From NCBI RefSeq assembly GCF_006345805.1, contig NW_021823631.1, positions 1-21,718 on the forward strand: a stretch of 21,718 nt of DNA. The letters run 5' to 3'. A program made the position numbers and the translations under genes. The DNA comes from Octopus sinensis (taxonomy: Eukaryota). Positions 19,661 through 21,718 of this stretch are shown piece by piece (positions within the stretch are counted from its first letter, which is position 1; each line of letters opens with the position of its first letter). The notes under the pieces were generated by a model, which saw only the letters and a program-made list of their open reading frames with translations, had not been told where the DNA came from and made no database searches.

Positions 19661-21125
19661 TTTTAGTATCTCGCGGCTGTATTCATGAGTGATGGAAAGC
19701 AGGAGGCTAAATTAGATGCAAGAATTACAGGTGATAGCATAGTAATGTAATAACTCAAGCATTTGATCCTCTAAAGAAGAGGGGTTTCGTTAAAAACAAA
19801 AAGCCAAATCTGTTATCTTCAATTCGGTTTTTGATTATTCTCACCTTTGGTCATGAATGTTCTTTTCTAATCCAGGCACAAGGTCTGAAATTTGTTTTGT
19901 TTTGTTTTTTTGGGTGGGGGGGAGCAGTCGATTCGATTGACCCCAGTACACAACTGGTACTTAATTTATTGATCCCGAAAGGATGACAGGCAAAGTCGAC
20001 CTCGGCGGAATTTGAACTCAGAACATAAAGACAGACGAAATACCTATTTCTATTTCTTTATTACCCACAAGGGGCTAAACATAGAGGGGACAAACAAGGA
20101 CAGACAAACGGATTAAGTCGATTATATCGACCCCCAGTGCGTAACTGGTACTTATTTAATCGACACCGAAAAGATGAAAGGCAAAGTGGACCTCGGCGGA
20201 ATTTTACCTCAGAACGTAAAGACAGACGAAATACCGCTAAGCATTTCGCCCGGCGTGCTAACGTCTCTTATTTCTTTATTGTTCACAAGTGGCTACACAT
20301 AGAGAGGACAAACAAGGACAGACAAAGGGATTAAGACGATTACATATACCCCAGTGCGTAACTGGTACTTAATTTATCGACTCCGAAAGGATGAAAGCAA
20401 AGTCGACCTCGGCGGAATTTGAACTCAGAACATAAAGACAGACGAAATACCTATTTCTTTACTACCCAGAAGGGGCTAAACACAGAGAGGACAAACAAGA
20501 ACAGACAAACGGATTAAGTCGATTATATCGACCCCAGTGAGTAACTGGTAGTTATTTAATCGACCCCGAATGGATGAAAGGCAAAGTCGACCTCGGTGGA
20601 ATTTGAACTCAGAACGTAGCGACAGACGGAATACCGCCTAAGCATTTCGCCCGGCGCGCTAACGTTTCTGCCAGCTGTCCACTTTTATGGTAATTAATGT
20701 TTATGGTTAATGTCTGAAGGAGTTCGATCGCGAATACAAGCAGCCGAAATGGGATTTCTCCAAAACATCACTGGACTAACGTTACTCGACAGAGGTGCGT
20801 AACTCCACGATCAGAGAGTCGCCCCAAGTCGGGTCGCCACTTGTCCGACCGCTTTGAGAAATCACAGCTTTAGTAGCAAAGACATGTGGTTAGAATGTCA
20901 CAGGAAAGAATCGCAAGACTGGTTCTTCAAACCGAGCCAATCAGCAGGAGACCTACTGGTAGACCAAGAACGAGATGGTTGAGCATTATTTACAGTCTTG
21001 GTTGTTTGCAGTTGGGGGTCCAAATGGAAAGTACAATGGCGGTTATTTCTGATACGATTCTATGGACGAGATACCTGAGATCTCTAACCCACGAACCTCC
21101 TAGGACGACTGGGAGGGGGAGATGA
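19661..21125 (+). pseudogene. RTE-clade LINE reverse-transcriptase C-terminal remnant (Rex3/Expander-like), split by a family D array
   Basis: Left part: F*YLAAVFMSDGKQEAKLDARITGDSIVM...ILTFGHEC (19661-19860). Right part: WLMSEGVRSRIQAAEMGFLQNITGLTLLDR / VRNSTIRES / EKSQL**QRHVVRMSQERIARLVLQTEPISRRPTGRPRTRW (20704-21125). These match the RTE motifs FKYLG, LTYG.E.W, SRIQAAEM.FLR and GRPR.RW. The remnant may extend left to ~19480. Confidence 0.88.
19862..20684 (-). mobile_element. Family D SINE array of four cores
   Basis: Head at ~20684. Unit ends (TATTTCTTTA on +) lie at 20452, 20269 and 20051, one period being 183 bp. The last core ends in the alternative tail (AGGCACAAGG on +) near 19862. 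Confidence 0.9.
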
Positions 21126-21718
21126 GTGGACGGAAGGAACAAGTTCACGGGAATTATTTGAATTAGCGAGACCCATAGAAATTCTACGTTTTATAAAATA
21201 ATTTTATCTCTGTCTCCATGCAGAAATTTATGGATTATCATGAAAGTATAAAAGATTTAACTTTTGTTTTCGATTTGAGTCCATAGTTGATGTTGTTTAA
21301 AGCATAACAGCCGAACACACATCGCGTCAAGTTTGAATATTGTTACAAATAAATATCTTGAAGCTGAAACGAGGGATGTATTTTTGTAAAAAGCGAATTA
21401 GCAACAGGACTGAGAAAAATTTAAAAAATGTAAACTTTAAAACAATACAGTCATATATATGTATATATACACACTCACACACACGCGCGGACATTCATAT
21501 ATACATAGTGTTGACGAGGGCTGCGTGGCGTTCAATTAATAACTAAATGAGAATCGACCCCTTGTAAATTATGACACAGCTATTGCTCACAGAAACACAA
21601 GTGAAACCTGTAGAAAGGTGTGCCGTTCAGTTGAAGGATTAAAAAGACATGTCAAGGGACTTCATACGTGGCACCGGTTCCTTCTGCCAGCCAGCACAAA
21701 GGTGTATTATGCAATAAA

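Noticed and set aside
19862-20684. CRISPR-like array
   Set aside because: Units are ~183-bp SINE cores without unique spacers, the context is eukaryotic and there are no cas genes.
1-21718. Assigning published names (e.g. octopus OK/OR1/OR2 SINEs or named core domains) to families A-E
   Set aside because: This cannot be verified without a Dfam/Repbase/SINEBase comparison, so neutral labels are used.

Overview
AT-rich eukaryotic intergenic or intronic DNA made almost entirely of microsatellites and mobile-element remains. It is probably from an octopus: the SINE sequences resemble Octopus repeats as I recall them, which I have not verified. I find no intact host gene, and the supplied ORFs are nearly all translations of microsatellites or SINEs. 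The window holds at least five tRNA-headed SINE-like families, labelled A-E here for convenience. It also holds three dead autonomous elements: a Tc1 DD34E transposase (17731-19020, -), an RTE-clade LINE C-terminus (19661-21125, +) and a restriction-like-endonuclease (R2/NeSL/HERO-type) LINE C-terminus (8527-8908, +). The first two are each split by a SINE. Three observations stand out. (1) Three type I hammerhead-ribozyme motifs with unrelated stems lie within 2.4 kb, one of them in a tRNA-head + (AAT)n + hammerhead composite that looks like a ribozyme-bearing SINE. (2) SINE family D forms dimers to tetramers through a recurrent palindromic junction, GAAATA-CC-TATTTC, and one dimer is bounded by a single 10-bp TSD. 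(3) A 79-bp segment occurs twice in inverted orientation and carries four chained palindromes. All alignments and folds were done by eye.
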